Shown here: positions 54,448-64,000 of the stretch, in pieces
How the letters are laid out: each line of letters opens with the position of its first letter
Numbering within the stretch: the first letter of the stretch is position 1
Source: Synechococcus sp. UW140
GTDB taxonomy: Bacteria; Armatimonadota; Fimbriimonadia; Fimbriimonadales; Fimbriimonadaceae
DNA length: 64,000 nucleotides
Assembly (NCBI GenBank): GCA_943369295.1
Contig: CALRMU020000004.1
Coordinates: 38,479 to 102,478 of the forward strand
Reading direction: 5' to 3'
Translations under genes and position numbers: made by a program
The notes under the pieces: generated by a model
Seen by the model: the letters and a program-made list of their open reading frames with translations, nothing else
What the model was told of the DNA's origin: nothing
The model's database searches: none

Positions 54448-55743
54448 ATGGCCGCCGACCCCAAACACCACAAGGCTTCTGGGGTTCTTTGGGCCATCCT
54501 CCTTTTCGGATTTGCGGCAAGGCTCTGGTGGGTTCTCGCGGTGGATACTCAGCCAGTCACCGATTTCGCCTGGTACTTCAATAAGGCCGCTGAGATCAGC
54601 CAGGGACTGGGCTACCAAGACAAGGGCTTTTCAACCGCCTATTGGCCGGTCGGCTGGCCAGCCGCTTTGGGCTTGATATTCAAGCTGTTTGGGGCGAGTT
54701 TGGGGGTCGCTAAGGCGTTTACTCTGCTCCTCACCTGGGCGGCGATTCCACTTACTTACAGCCTGAGCCGACGAATCTTCTCCTCAGAGCTCGCGGCTTT
54801 GGTTGCGGCAGGAGTTGTGGCCTTTCACCCCCACTTCATCGCTTACTCTTCTATCCTTGCCTCTGAGCCCCTTTTCACCTGCCTGACCCTGGCCTTTTTC
54901 AATTGGAGTCTAGCGTCTAGGCAGAAGCCAATTTTTGCCGGACCAGGAGGAGCGGCCCTGGGGTTGGCCTGTCTGGTTCGGCCCCAGGCAATTCTTCTGC
55001 CTTTAATGATGGCTGCCTTTAGCTGGAAGCTGGATGCGAAGAGAAGAAGAGACGCTTTTCTCGTGCTGGGGCTGACTTTCATTCTTGCCGGGGCTGTCAT
55101 GTCTCCCTGGCTGCTTCACACCAAGGCAGTCTTTGGCCGCTTCGTTTTTGTCAGCACCAACGGAGGAGACAACCTCTTGATAGGCCACCATCCGGGTGCC
55201 ACCGGCCGTTATACCAACCCTGACTCTTGTGGATTGGTTCGTCCGCCTGGGATGAAGGAAGGTGAGCGAGACCAGGCAGCCCTGAAGCAGGGAATAGCCA
55301 ACATTAAATCGGACCCTGTGAGGTCGCTAGCCCTCATTCCTGCGAAGATATCCACGACCCTTTTCACCACGACAGATGCCGCCTATTGGGCTTTTCAGAA
55401 AAACCCCGAAGGATTGGATGTCCCGGGTAAGGGTAGTGACAAGGCCCTCTTTCTCGGGTTTAGGTCGTTGAGCCATTGGGCGTTTATCGGAGTTTTGGCG
55501 GCTGGGCTTATTGGTTTGGCAAAGCTTCTATTTATGGCCAAAGCAGATGAAATGAGAAGGGCAGGGGCGGCGGTTGTGTTTTCCGGAGTCCTTCTGCCCC
55601 TCCTGCTCAGCGCAGTCTTTTTTGGCAACCCCAGATTCTTTTTTGCCGCCATTCCTTTGCTGGCTATTGCGATAGGCGGAATTTTTGCCTCCAGCGGCAA
55701 GGCATCCCTTACGCCCGACCAGGAAACGTCTGATTCGGTATAA
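54448..55743 (+). CDS. GT39/GT83-like (ArnT/PMT-type) membrane glycosyltransferase
   Basis: 431 aa, polytopic (about 10 or more helices). The N-terminal pattern ...LLFGFAARLWWVLAVDTQPVTDFAWYFNKAAEISQGLGY... is typical of dolichyl/undecaprenyl-phosphate-sugar-dependent glycosyltransferases. Confidence 0.7.
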   Translation: MAADPKHHKASGVLWAILLFGFAARLWWVLAVDTQPVTDFAWYFNKAAEISQGLGYQDKGFSTAYWPVGWPAALGLIFKLFGASLGVAKAFTLLLTWAAIPLTYSLSRRIFSSELAALVAAGVVAFHPHFIAYSSILASEPLFTCLTLAFFNWSLASRQKPIFAGPGGAALGLACLVRPQAILLPLMMAAFSWKLDAKRRRDAFLVLGLTFILAGAVMSPWLLHTKAVFGRFVFVSTNGGDNLLIGHHPGATGRYTNPDSCGLVRPPGMKEGERDQAALKQGIANIKSDPVRSLALIPAKISTTLFTTTDAAYWAFQKNPEGLDVPGKGSDKALFLGFRSLSHWAFIGVLAAGLIGLAKLLFMAKADEMRRAGAAVVFSGVLLPLLLSAVFFGNPRFFFAAIPLLAIAIGGIFASSGKASLTPDQETSDSV

Positions 55744-55753
55744 CCCTTGCGTC

Positions 55754-56275
55754 ATGGCAGAACTCCTTGCAGCCAAATTGATCCGCGACGTGCCCGATTT
55801 TCCCAAGCCTGGGATCATGTTCAAGGACATTTCACCTGTTCTCCAGGACCCCGTCGCTTTGAAGCAGGCTGTTGAGTTCATGGCGCTTGACGTCAAGGCC
55901 AAGGGCGCCGAAGTCGTCGTTGGAATCGAAAGCCGAGGCTTCATTTTTGGTGTGCCCATCGCTCTCGAATTGGGTCTGCCTTTCGTCATGACCCGCAAGG
56001 TGGGCAAGCTGCCCTTCCACACGATCCAGACCGAGTACAGCCTTGAGTACGGAACGGCCAAGATCGAAATGCACACTGACTCTTTGGTTCCTGGTCAGAA
56101 GGCTTACATCGTCGATGACCTGCTGGCCACTGGAGGCACAGCGGCAGCCAGCGCTCATCTGGTTGAAGAGCTGGGCGGAAAGGTCTGCGGCTTCGGCTTC
56201 ATTATCGAACTCGGATTCTTGAATGGCCGTGAGAAGCTTGAAGGCTACGAAGTCTGCTCGCTGATCAACTTCTAA
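55754..56275 (+). CDS. apt: adenine phosphoribosyltransferase
   Basis: ATG 55754 within track ORF 55685..56275. IRDVPDFPKPGIMFKDISPVLQDP...VVGIESRGFIFG...YIVDDLLATGGTA (PRPP motif). Confidence 0.92.
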   Translation: MAELLAAKLIRDVPDFPKPGIMFKDISPVLQDPVALKQAVEFMALDVKAKGAEVVVGIESRGFIFGVPIALELGLPFVMTRKVGKLPFHTIQTEYSLEYGTAKIEMHTDSLVPGQKAYIVDDLLATGGTAAASAHLVEELGGKVCGFGFIIELGFLNGREKLEGYEVCSLINF

Positions 56276-56287
56276 GGAGATAACATC

Positions 56288-56677
56288 ATGTTCCGCGCAT
56301 CTGCACTTTTCGCTTTTCTGCTTCTGGCCGGCCCTGTTGTCGTCAAGGTCGATGACCTTGTTGGCAAGAGGGAAGAACTGAATGAAAAAGTAGTTCAGGT
56401 CACGTCTGAAGTCAAGGACTTTGAAGCCAAGACCAGCCGACGAGGCAACAAGTACACAGTCTTTAAGCTTGTAGGCAAAAAGCAGAACGTCTCTGTTTGG
56501 CTGGGCGGCCACCTTAAGGAAGCCGACGCCCCTAAAAACGGTGACACTGTGCAGGTGACCGGAATTTTTGACAAGGAAAAGAAGGTCGGAACTCTGACCT
56601 TTTTGAACGAAATTGATGCCTCCACCCGGAAGGATAAGCCTTACGGAGTGAAGGTTATCAAGCGGAAAAAGTCTTAA
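56288..56677 (+). CDS. hypothetical secreted protein
   Basis: 129 aa with signal peptide MFRASALFAFLLLAGPVVV. It is Lys-rich with no recognised motif. The stop overlaps the miaA start. Confidence 0.5.
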   Translation: MFRASALFAFLLLAGPVVVKVDDLVGKREELNEKVVQVTSEVKDFEAKTSRRGNKYTVFKLVGKKQNVSVWLGGHLKEADAPKNGDTVQVTGIFDKEKKVGTLTFLNEIDASTRKDKPYGVKVIKRKKS

Positions 56678-57591
56678 TGCCCCGGCCCTGCCTGCTTGCA
56701 GTTTATGGCCCGACTGGCTCTGGCAAGTCGGCTTTAGCTGAAACGCTGGCAGGGCCTCTTAATGCCCGCCTCATCTCGGTCGATGCCTTTCAGGTTTACC
56801 GAGGATTCGATATAGGTACGGGCAAACCAAAACCCCCCCACAATTGGCTCGGCGTCGATCTCATCGACCCGGAGGAAGACTTTGGTGTTGTTGAGTTCAT
56901 TCGCTACGCCCTTCCTCTTCTAGAAGAGTCTTGGCAGAGAGAGGAGAATGTGATCCTCGCGGGGGGAACAGGCCAGTACATGAGGGCGCTTTTAGAAGAG
57001 TTCTCTGACCTCGGTCCCCTGCCGAACCCAGAGCTGCGGGCTGCCCTGATGCAGAGGGAGAAGGAAGAAGGTCTGGCCTCTTTGGCTTCGGAATTGAGCC
57101 TGCTGCATCCAGAGAACAAAGTTGACGTAAAGAATCCAGTGAGGGTTCGCAGGGCTTTAGAACGACTTCTTCAGCCAAGCGAACCATTTCACTTCACCAT
57201 CCCGCCTTTCCTAAAGCTCAAAATTGGACTTCAAGTCGACCCAGAACTTCTCGCCATTTGGCAGGAAAAACGCATTTCGGCTATGTTCCGAGATGGTTGG
57301 ACGGTAGAGATTGAAGGTCTAATGGCCAAGGGAGTGCCGGAGTCGGCACCAGCATGGCGGGCTATCGGGTATGACGTTGTGAAGAGGGCTCTTATTCAGC
57401 AGTCAGGCCTGACAGAAGCTGCAGCCGAGGCTGCTATTCTTCATCGTCAGTACGCCAAGCGCCAAAGAACTTGGCTGCGAAAAGAACCTAATCTTCAATG
57501 GGTGAATGTTTCTGGGGAAACCCAGACTAGTTACGATTTGGCTCACGAAGTGATGAGCCACATTCGGGCAGGGAAAAAAGAGAATGGCTAA
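56677..57591 (+). CDS. miaA: tRNA dimethylallyltransferase
   Basis: 304 aa. [15 protein letters not shown]-loop, ...[16 protein letters not shown]..., and conserved synteny with hfq. Confidence 0.9.
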   Translation: MPRPCLLAVYGPTGSGKSALAETLAGPLNARLISVDAFQVYRGFDIGTGKPKPPHNWLGVDLIDPEEDFGVVEFIRYALPLLEESWQREENVILAGGTGQYMRALLEEFSDLGPLPNPELRAALMQREKEEGLASLASELSLLHPENKVDVKNPVRVRRALERLLQPSEPFHFTIPPFLKLKIGLQVDPELLAIWQEKRISAMFRDGWTVEIEGLMAKGVPESAPAWRAIGYDVVKRALIQQSGLTEAAAEAAILHRQYAKRQRTWLRKEPNLQWVNVSGETQTSYDLAHEVMSHIRAGKKENG

Positions 57592-57844
57592 GGGAATCAA
57601 CCTGCAGGATATGTTTCTGAATCAGGTCCGCAAAGAGGGAATTGGCGTGACCATTTACTTGATGGGTGGAGTTCAGTTGAGGGGTAGTGTGAGGGGATTT
57701 GATGCCTTCACTGTCCTTCTTGATGCTCCGGGCAAACCGACTCAGCTTGTTTATAAGCATGCGATCACAAGCATCGTTCCGCTTAAGCAGATTGGTGGAC
57801 GTGAAGACGGCCGCGGGGATAGGCCAGGCGAACACGAAGAGTGA
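57584..57844 (+). CDS. hfq: RNA chaperone Hfq
   Basis: 86 aa. [40 protein letters not shown]......[12 protein letters not shown] are the Sm1/Sm2 motifs. It overlaps the miaA 3' end by 8 nt. Confidence 0.95.
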   Translation: MAKGINLQDMFLNQVRKEGIGVTIYLMGGVQLRGSVRGFDAFTVLLDAPGKPTQLVYKHAITSIVPLKQIGGREDGRGDRPGEHEE

Positions 57845-58659
57845 TCCCTTTTGCCAAGTGGCAGGGCTGCGGAAATGACTTTGTCATGCTGCAGCTTGAG
57901 GATTTGAAAAAGGCAGGTCTGACCGAGGGATTAACTCCTGATCAAACTGCCCGAATCTGCGACAGGAATTTTGGGGTGGGTGCGGATGGTTTAGTGACCA
58001 TTCAGTTTCTGCCCCAAGGTCTTGTCTGCCACATGTGGAACCCCGATGGCAGCCAAAGCGGAATGTGCGGAAATGGCATTCGCTGCACGGCTTTGTACAG
58101 CCGCGACGCTGGACTCTGGCAGTCGGGTGAGCCCTTCTGGATGGCAGAAAGGCAGGTGGGCGTCACCCTTGATGGCGACCTTGTGAAGGTCCAGATGGGG
58201 CACCCCTCTGGCGATCCCTTCGACCCCACTCGCACAGACCTCGTCCCCCAGCCGATTGAGCTTCTCGTTGAAGATAGGCTCTTTAAGGCCCTTGGGGTCA
58301 GCTTTGGCAACCCCCACATCGTCATGGTGGTTCCCGACCTGGCGGAAGTTGATTTAAGGCGCTTCGGTCCGAGGCTGGAAAAGCATCCTGACCTGCCCGG
58401 GCCGACCAACGTGCACTTTGTCCAGACGACTTCCCGAGAGACAGCGAAGGCGATTCACTGGGAAAGAGGGGCAGGTGAGACCTTGAGCTGCGGTTCGGGA
58501 GTCTGTGCGATCTTTACTGTTCTGCGATATCTGGGATTGGCCGGAGATTCTCTTTCGCTTCAGGTGCCGGGCGGATTATTCCAGCTGGAGCAGACGGAAG
58601 AAGGAGTCTTGAAAACCGGGCCAGCTGCCGAATCTTTTCGTGGTTTTCTCTCCCTCTAG
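57841..58659 (+). CDS. dapF: diaminopimelate epimerase
   Basis: 272 aa; GTGA overlap with hfq. [14 protein letters not shown], catalytic Cys motifs (MCGNGIRC; SCGSGVCA) and GNPH. Confidence 0.9.
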   Translation: MIPFAKWQGCGNDFVMLQLEDLKKAGLTEGLTPDQTARICDRNFGVGADGLVTIQFLPQGLVCHMWNPDGSQSGMCGNGIRCTALYSRDAGLWQSGEPFWMAERQVGVTLDGDLVKVQMGHPSGDPFDPTRTDLVPQPIELLVEDRLFKALGVSFGNPHIVMVVPDLAEVDLRRFGPRLEKHPDLPGPTNVHFVQTTSRETAKAIHWERGAGETLSCGSGVCAIFTVLRYLGLAGDSLSLQVPGGLFQLEQTEEGVLKTGPAAESFRGFLSL

Positions 58660-58779
58660 TGCTCCTGCAGAAGAGCTTTTCAGGCTTCCTTCAGCAGCCG
58701 CTGCAAACCGTATTTGTCCTTCTGCCTACTAGGTTGTGACCTGCCGGGCTGGCTCTATATGCTTAGGTAGAATTCCTGT

Positions 58780-59940
58780 GTGCCGAAGTCCAGGAAGCTT
58801 GAGAAGTACACCAATAGCATCGTTCCACCTCGCTACCAAAGTGCTTCATACAGCTTCAATGACAAAGAAGAAGTTGTCACTGGTCTTCACGAAAAGTCTC
58901 TGCCTTTGGGACGCTACGGCCGCTACGATAACCCATCTTGGCTGGTGGCAGAAGCTCAGCTTGCCGAGCTGAACAAGACTGAAGGAGCTTTGGTTTTCAG
59001 CTCAGGAATGGCTGCTCACAGCACCACCTTCTTGACCCTTCTCGCCAATGGCTCCAAGATGGCCATGCCTTCCGAATCCTATCGGCAGGTAAGAAAGCTC
59101 TGCTTCACGACCCTGCGAAAGTTTGGAATCGACGTCACCGAGCTTTCGGTCAAGCACTCAGAGACTTTTCTAGAGAATCTGAAGGAAATCGGTCAGGATC
59201 TTGACCTTCTCCACCTGGAGATGCCCTCTTCTCCTCAGATGTTCCTGATTGATCTGGAGAAGATTCGAGGCCTGGTTTCAGACAAGACCATCATCACGAT
59301 GGACTGTTCCTTTGCTCCTCCGCAGAACTTTCTGCCTCATGAGCACGGGGTCGATATTGCTCTTTACAGCGTCACCAAGTACCTTGGCGGACATGGGGAT
59401 ATTCTTGCCGGAGCGGCCACTGGTTCTTGGCGGCTTTTGGAGAAGATTAAGGAAGTTCGTGATACGACGGGCGGCATCACCGATGGTGGTACGGCAGAAC
59501 TGATTTCTCGAAGCCTTCAGACACTTGAAATGCGAGTTCAGAAGGCCAATGTCATGGGCCAGCAGCTTGCCGACTTCCTGGAAGGCCACGAATTGGTTAA
59601 CCGTGTTTTCTACAACGGCCTCAGCTCACACCCCCATCACGAACTGGCCAAGAAGTACCTTAGGGGCCACGGAGGAGTTGTCACCTTTGAAGTCCCTGGC
59701 ACAGAATTGGAGGTCGCTCATTTCGTCGATCTTCTTCAGCTGCCCTACATGGCTTCCAACTTTGGCTGCCATGTCTCTTTGGTTGAGCAGAGCACCTTTT
59801 TCACCTACTACGAGTACTCAGATGAAGAGCTGATCGACATCTCGGTTCCAAGAACGACTGTCCGTTACTCTGTGGGCTACACCGATTCGATTGAAGACAT
59901 TTGTGCCGATATCGATCGAGCCCTGCGGACTTACAAGTAG
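58780..59940 (+). CDS. Cys/Met-metabolism PLP-dependent enzyme (cystathionine gamma-synthase/beta-lyase family)
   Basis: 386 aa, GTG start. ...FSSGMAA... and the PLP-lysine motif YSVTKYLGGHGDILAGA. The exact reaction is not assignable. Confidence 0.8.
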   Translation: MPKSRKLEKYTNSIVPPRYQSASYSFNDKEEVVTGLHEKSLPLGRYGRYDNPSWLVAEAQLAELNKTEGALVFSSGMAAHSTTFLTLLANGSKMAMPSESYRQVRKLCFTTLRKFGIDVTELSVKHSETFLENLKEIGQDLDLLHLEMPSSPQMFLIDLEKIRGLVSDKTIITMDCSFAPPQNFLPHEHGVDIALYSVTKYLGGHGDILAGAATGSWRLLEKIKEVRDTTGGITDGGTAELISRSLQTLEMRVQKANVMGQQLADFLEGHELVNRVFYNGLSSHPHHELAKKYLRGHGGVVTFEVPGTELEVAHFVDLLQLPYMASNFGCHVSLVEQSTFFTYYEYSDEELIDISVPRTTVRYSVGYTDSIEDICADIDRALRTYK

Positions 59941-59972
59941 CAGCCCATTCTGGTGCTGGGATTTATGTTCAT

Positions 59973-60004
59973 GCCACGAGAGATTTTCTCGTGGCAATCT
60001 TTTT
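59973..60004 (+). terminator. rho-independent terminator
   Basis: GCCACGAGA-gattt-TCTCGTGGC followed by aatcttttt. Confidence 0.8.
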
Positions 60005-60086
60005 GCGCAACCCTGAGCAAGAACGGCTAGGATTCGGTGACGACGAAAATTGCAGGTTTCAGTTTGAGTGATTGGCTTAATCCTTG

Positions 60087-60336
60087 TGCCACTGGCAGCG
60101 CCAGTGCAGGCAACGAAAAGCTGCAAGCCTTTTGCTGAACTGAAATCCTTGTCTTTCAATAGCTTTCAAGACTCATCTTAGACACTTGAGGCCAAAACTC
60201 TTCATTCATGGCTCACTGGCGCTGCCAGTGGCACAGGGGCCCAATCTTTAGTCAATGATTCACTGGCGTTGCCAGTTGTACAGGGACCGAAGCTCTTTGA
60301 ACAATGATTCATTGGCGCTGCCAGTGGCACAGGGGG
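60087..60336. repeat. cluster of four REP-like palindromic elements (same family as in the 5.3-6.4 kb array)
   Basis: GTGCCACTGGCAGCGCCAGTGC (60087-60108, one orientation). Three direct copies in the other orientation: TCACTGGCGCTGCCAGTGGCACAGGGG (60213), TCACTGGCGTTGCCAGTTGTACAGGG (60260, degenerate) and TCATTGGCGCTGCCAGTGGCACAGGGG (60309). Two are preceded by AATGATT. Confidence 0.85.
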
Positions 60337-60356
60337 GCGATGAGTTGTCCTGAGAT

Positions 60357-61787
60357 TCAGGCTCTGGCGGCGATAGCTTCCTGGTACATCTCAAGGTAGT
60401 CCGGAGCAGTACGGTTCCAGCTCCAGTCCTCTCGCATCGCCAGTCGAATCATTCTCTGCCACTCGGCTTGGTCGGCAAAGGTTGCAACAGCTTTGCGAAT
60501 CGCTCCCATAAACTCCTCTGAGGTGTGAGGAGTAAAGGTGAATCCAGTCATGTCTTCTGTGACAGTGTCGGCCAAGCCACCCGTGTAATGAACCACGGGC
60601 AGAGTGCCATATCGCATGGCAAACATCTGTCCCAAGCCGCAGGGTTCGTAGCGGCTAGGCATTAGAAAGACGTCGCTGCCAGCGTAGATTCTCTGGGCAA
60701 GGTCAGGATCAAACTGGCTGGCGTAGACCATCTTGCCGGGGTACTGCTCGGCTAGAAACTTCAGGCTGGCGGTGATTCCTGCATCCCCTTGGCCCTGTAC
60801 TGCCACCACACATCCTGCTTCAATCATCTGCTCAACGGCGGGGATGAGAAGGTCAAAGCCCTTTTGGTCGGCAAGTCGAGAGACCATGCCGCAGACGAGT
60901 GTTTTCTCATCGGCATCAAGGCCAAGTTCCTTGATCAGCTCTCTCCGGCAGACGGCCTTTCCAGAAATGTCCTCAAGGCTGAAATGGGCAGGCAGATCCG
61001 GATCCGTCTTGGGGTCGTGACCTTCGACATTGATTCCGTTGAGAATGCCTTTTAGCCTGTGCTGAGTCCTCAGATGCTTCATCAGGCCAGTCAGAACGCC
61101 TCCCTGCTCCTCTGAGGTGATTTCCACTGCGTAGGTGGGGCTCACTGTGCTGACCTGCTCGCTGTAGGCAGCGCCGGACTTGAGCATGTTGACCGACCCG
61201 TAGGTTTCGAGTTTGTCGTAGGTGAAGAGGCTGTGGGGAAGGCCGGCCAAGTCAAGGGTGTCTTGACCAAAAACGCCTTGGTGAGAAAAGTTGTGAATCG
61301 TGAAGCAGGAGGCAGTTTTCTCCCACTCGCGACCTTTACGCTCCCTCATAAAGACGGGCAGAAACCCCATCTGCCAGTCGTGGCTGTGGATGACGTTTGG
61401 CATCCACCCGAGAGATTCGCAGGCCCTGAGAACGGCCTGTGAGAAGTAAAGCCAGTCTTCGCGGCCAAGATCGTAAAGCGCCCGCCGATCCATAACCCTT
61501 TTGAACCTTTCCTCGCCATCGATCAGCATGAGGGTAAGGCCTTCGGATTCGGCAATGTGAACGACGCTGTGAATGCGTCTGCCGCCTGCGAAGGGGACTT
61601 CGATTCCCGTCTTTGTCGAGACGATGAGGGGCCTCAGGGCATCCATGATGAAGCCGTAGGCGGGAAGGGCAATGCGGGCTTCAACACCGAGAGGTGTCAA
61701 AGCCCGGGGCAGAGATCCTACGACATCCGCAAGTCCCCCAACCTTTGCCCAAGGGGAAGCTTCAGCGGCAGCAAATAGGACCTTCAT
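60357..61787 (-). CDS. glgA: glycogen (starch) synthase
   Basis: 476 aa. MKVLFAAAEASPWAKVGGLADVVGSLPRAL (KxGGL motif), GT5 family, C-terminal ...MPSRYEPCGLGQM... Confidence 0.93.
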   Translation of the reverse strand: MKVLFAAAEASPWAKVGGLADVVGSLPRALTPLGVEARIALPAYGFIMDALRPLIVSTKTGIEVPFAGGRRIHSVVHIAESEGLTLMLIDGEERFKRVMDRRALYDLGREDWLYFSQAVLRACESLGWMPNVIHSHDWQMGFLPVFMRERKGREWEKTASCFTIHNFSHQGVFGQDTLDLAGLPHSLFTYDKLETYGSVNMLKSGAAYSEQVSTVSPTYAVEITSEEQGGVLTGLMKHLRTQHRLKGILNGINVEGHDPKTDPDLPAHFSLEDISGKAVCRRELIKELGLDADEKTLVCGMVSRLADQKGFDLLIPAVEQMIEAGCVVAVQGQGDAGITASLKFLAEQYPGKMVYASQFDPDLAQRIYAGSDVFLMPSRYEPCGLGQMFAMRYGTLPVVHYTGGLADTVTEDMTGFTFTPHTSEEFMGAIRKAVATFADQAEWQRMIRLAMREDWSWNRTAPDYLEMYQEAIAARA

Positions 61788-61807
61788 GTGTGTGCTTTAC
61801 GGATCAG

Positions 61808-62992
61808 CTAGAGAGCCTCAATAAGGACTGCGGTAGCTTCTCCCCCTCCGATACATGGGCTGCAGATGGCGTAGCGTCCGCCTCGCCTGCGCAGCTCCAT
61901 AAGGCTGGTGAGAATCAGCCTGGTTCCCGTCATGCCAATGGGGTGTCCGAGCGATACTGCTCCCCCATTGACGTTCAATTTTTCACGCGGAATGCCAATC
62001 GTGTCGGCCGTGTGCATGGCAACGACAGAGAAGGCTTCGTTGATTTCAAAAAGATCAATGTCGTTTTGAGTCAGGCCAGTTTTGGTCAGAAGCTTTTGAA
62101 CTGCGGCGGCAGGGGCGGTGGTGAACCACTCTGGCTGCTGAGCGTGCTGAGTCCAGGCCTTCACTCTGCCAATCGCTTGCAGCCCTTGTTCTGAAGCGTA
62201 GGCTTCTGAAGCCATGACCAAGGCGGCGGCGCCATCGTTGATCGAGCTGGCATTGCCGGCGGTGGTTACACCTTCTTTGCCGAAAGCGGGGCGAAGGGTC
62301 GGAAGCTTATCGATGTTTCCTCGGCCCGGCTCTTCGTCAGATGAGACCATGATCGGGTCGCCTTTGCGTTGAGGAACGCCAATCGCTTCAATTTCTTCGG
62401 CGAGTCTTCCTTCTGCCTGGGCAGCCAGGGCTCGTCGATAGCTCTCAGCGGCGTACTCGTCAATCGCTTCGCGGCTGTAGTTGTTTTCCTTTGCGCAGAG
62501 GTCGCCGCAGCTTCCCATGTGCTGGTTGGAATAGGGGTCCCACAGGCCGTCATGGATCATGGAGTCCAGCATCTGGGCGTGTCCCATTCTTAGGCCCGCT
62601 CGTCCGCCAGGAAGAATGTAGGGGGCGTTGGTCATGGATTCCATGCCGCCTGCCACGATGACCTGGCTTTCTCCCAGAGCGATTGCCTGGGCGGCCAGCA
62701 TGACAGTCTTCATTCCGCTTCCGCAGACCTTGTTGATGGTGGTGCAGGGAACGCCGTCAGGAAGTCCAGCGCCTTTTGAGGCCTGTCGTGCTGGTGCCTG
62801 GCCGACTCCGCCAGAAAGCACGCATCCCATCAAGACTTCTTCAATCGCATCGGCTGGAACTCCAGATCGTGAAAGAGCAGCCCGAATTGCATGGGCGCCA
62901 AGCTGGGGACCAGTGAAGGTTGAAAGACTGCCCTGAAAGCATCCGATTGGCGTGCGAGCGCCAGAAAGGATCACTGCGCTGTGAAGACTCAT
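61808..62992 (-). CDS. acetyl-CoA C-acetyltransferase (thiolase II)
   Basis: 394 aa. ...ARTPIGCFQGSL..., active-site NKVCGSGMK, ...NGGAVSLGHPIGMTG..., ...CIGGGEATAV... Confidence 0.92.
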   Translation of the reverse strand: MSLHSAVILSGARTPIGCFQGSLSTFTGPQLGAHAIRAALSRSGVPADAIEEVLMGCVLSGGVGQAPARQASKGAGLPDGVPCTTINKVCGSGMKTVMLAAQAIALGESQVIVAGGMESMTNAPYILPGGRAGLRMGHAQMLDSMIHDGLWDPYSNQHMGSCGDLCAKENNYSREAIDEYAAESYRRALAAQAEGRLAEEIEAIGVPQRKGDPIMVSSDEEPGRGNIDKLPTLRPAFGKEGVTTAGNASSINDGAAALVMASEAYASEQGLQAIGRVKAWTQHAQQPEWFTTAPAAAVQKLLTKTGLTQNDIDLFEINEAFSVVAMHTADTIGIPREKLNVNGGAVSLGHPIGMTGTRLILTSLMELRRRGGRYAICSPCIGGGEATAVLIEAL

Positions 62993-63110
62993 GACGGAAG
63001 AGAGGATAGCACTCAGGAGCGTTTGTTAAAAGGAAAAGCCCCCCTCCTGCCTAGGCAGAAAAGAGGCTCTTTTTGGCTTCAGAACCCTCGAGGGGGCTCC
63101 AAGCCGTTTG

Positions 63111-63392
63111 TCAGTCTCCGGCTGATCCGCCGAAGAAAGGATCGAATGGAATCAGACCCAACCGGCTGGCCGTTCGCAGGGCCTGAACCCTGTTTCTGAC
63201 CTGCAGCTTCTGATAGACGTTTGCGAGGTGGAAATCCACGGTTCGCTTAGAGACGACCATCTTGTCTGCGGCTTCTTGGCTCGAGTGTCCCTGAGCGATT
63301 AAGCTCAGCACCCGGACCTCTGTTGGAGTCAGTCTGACTCCTCTCTGAGTCTCGTTTCCACGAGATGCACTTGGAACTGCCATATCATCCAT
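63111..63392 (-). CDS. stand-alone LuxR/GerE-type HTH transcriptional regulator
   Basis: 93 aa. LTPTEVRVLSLIAQGHSSQEAADKMVVSKRTVDFHLANVYQKLQVRNRVQAL is a canonical GerE HTH. No receiver or sensor domain is present. Confidence 0.8.
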   Translation of the reverse strand: MDDMAVPSASRGNETQRGVRLTPTEVRVLSLIAQGHSSQEAADKMVVSKRTVDFHLANVYQKLQVRNRVQALRTASRLGLIPFDPFFGGSAGD

Positions 63393-63575
63393 CCCTTTCG
63401 TGTTCTGCCGCCTGTCTCTTTATTTCCACAGTCCCCCGCACTTTTGAGATGGTCCTTGAAAAAATCTTAAAATTCTCTTTCTGCCCTTGAAGTCGGGCAG
63501 GCTGAAACAGAGGCATGGCTGTGCCTTCTTATAAGATCGGCATCAGCCCGTAATGTTCCCAGGGGAAGAGGATGA

Positions 63576-64000
63576 TTACCGAGGAGATTCTAAGAGTTCG
63601 GCCCCTTGGGCTGCCAGGCAGGGAAGAAGCCTGGGAGTGTGCTGAGGAAACTTTTCTCGGTAGCTGGTTTCGGCGGAACTGAGGAAGGCCTCGATTTCAC
63701 TTTCGTGGACCAAAGCGACGCAGCATCCCCCGAACCCTGCACCGGTCAGGCGAACCCCCACGCAGCCAGGGGCGGCAGCACAGGATTCAGCCATGCCGTC
63801 CAGCTCGGGCACGCTGACTTCAAAATCATCTCTCAGGCTCTGATGGCTTTCTGCCATCAAAAGGCCGATCTCGTGCTCATCACCCCGTTCGAGAGCTGCG
63901 GCGAAATCGATGCACCTCTGATTTTCGGTCAGCACGTGGCGGGCTCGCTTGGCTTCAAGGTCAGTGAGTTTTTCACTTCTCCAGTCGCCTAAGCCAGCAT
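63576..64000 (-). CDS. galK: galactokinase, C-terminal part (N-terminus beyond the window end)
   Basis: The track starts it at GTG 63935. The minus-strand frame stays open to position 64000 (...LGDWRSEKLTDLEAKRARHVLTENQR...). Motifs: RHVxTENxR, LMxxSHxSLRDDFEVSxPELD and TGAGFGGCCVALV (GHMP kinase motif 3). Confidence 0.85.
   Translation of the reverse strand, partial: AGLGDWRSEKLTDLEAKRARHVLTENQRCIDFAAALERGDEHEIGLLMAESHQSLRDDFEVSVPELDGMAESCAAAPGCVGVRLTGAGFGGCCVALVHESEIEAFLSSAETSYREKFPQHTPRLLPCLAAQGAELLESPR

Noticed and set aside
60205-60340. CRISPR-like look: three ~27-nt direct repeats at ~48-bp spacing
   Set aside because: The spacers would be only ~20 nt. The repeat is the same palindromic REP-like motif found inverted at 60087 and in the 5.3-6.4 kb array. 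One copy is degenerate, and no cas genes or leader are present. This is a BIME/REP cluster, not a CRISPR array.

Overview
Gene-dense, mostly housekeeping bacterial chromosomal segment. The core (33.3-51.7 kb, + strand) is a complete, translationally coupled division/cell-wall (dcw) cluster: mraZ-rsmH-ftsL-ftsI-murE-murF-mraY-murD-ftsW-murG-murC::ddl (fused)-ftsQ-DUF881-sbp-ftsA-ftsZ. The flanks encode PDH E1 alpha/beta, ornithine aminotransferase, RmuC, TsaD, an OmpR/histidine-kinase pair, an M28 peptidase, two aldo/keto reductases, DUF1559-like pseudopilins, one tRNA-Arg, UbiX, a GT39-like glycosyltransferase, apt, miaA-hfq-dapF, glgA, a thiolase and a partial galK. Beta-barrel proteins ending in an aromatic beta-signal, DUF1559-type pseudopilins and a Firmicute-like DUF881/sbp insertion before ftsA-ftsZ suggest a diderm member of the Terrabacteria such as Armatimonadota. 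This is inference only. No mobile elements, CRISPR arrays or recognisable defence systems were seen. Most unusual items: (i) a four-gene operon at 12.3-14.5 kb whose products all carry signal peptides: two extremely Cys-rich, metallothionein-like small proteins, a triple-YHS protein and a small outer-membrane barrel; (ii) a ~1.1 kb array of 3.3 tandem ~340-bp non-coding units at 5.3-6.4 kb, built around inverted copies of a 17-nt palindrome, with mosaic variable inserts; (iii) the same palindrome family recurring 54 kb away, plus a second family of structured intergenic repeats after ftsZ; (iv) an 1162-aa outer-membrane protein with six ~80-aa internal repeats. All functional calls rest on my reading of the translated ORFs and manual folding. 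No database search was run.
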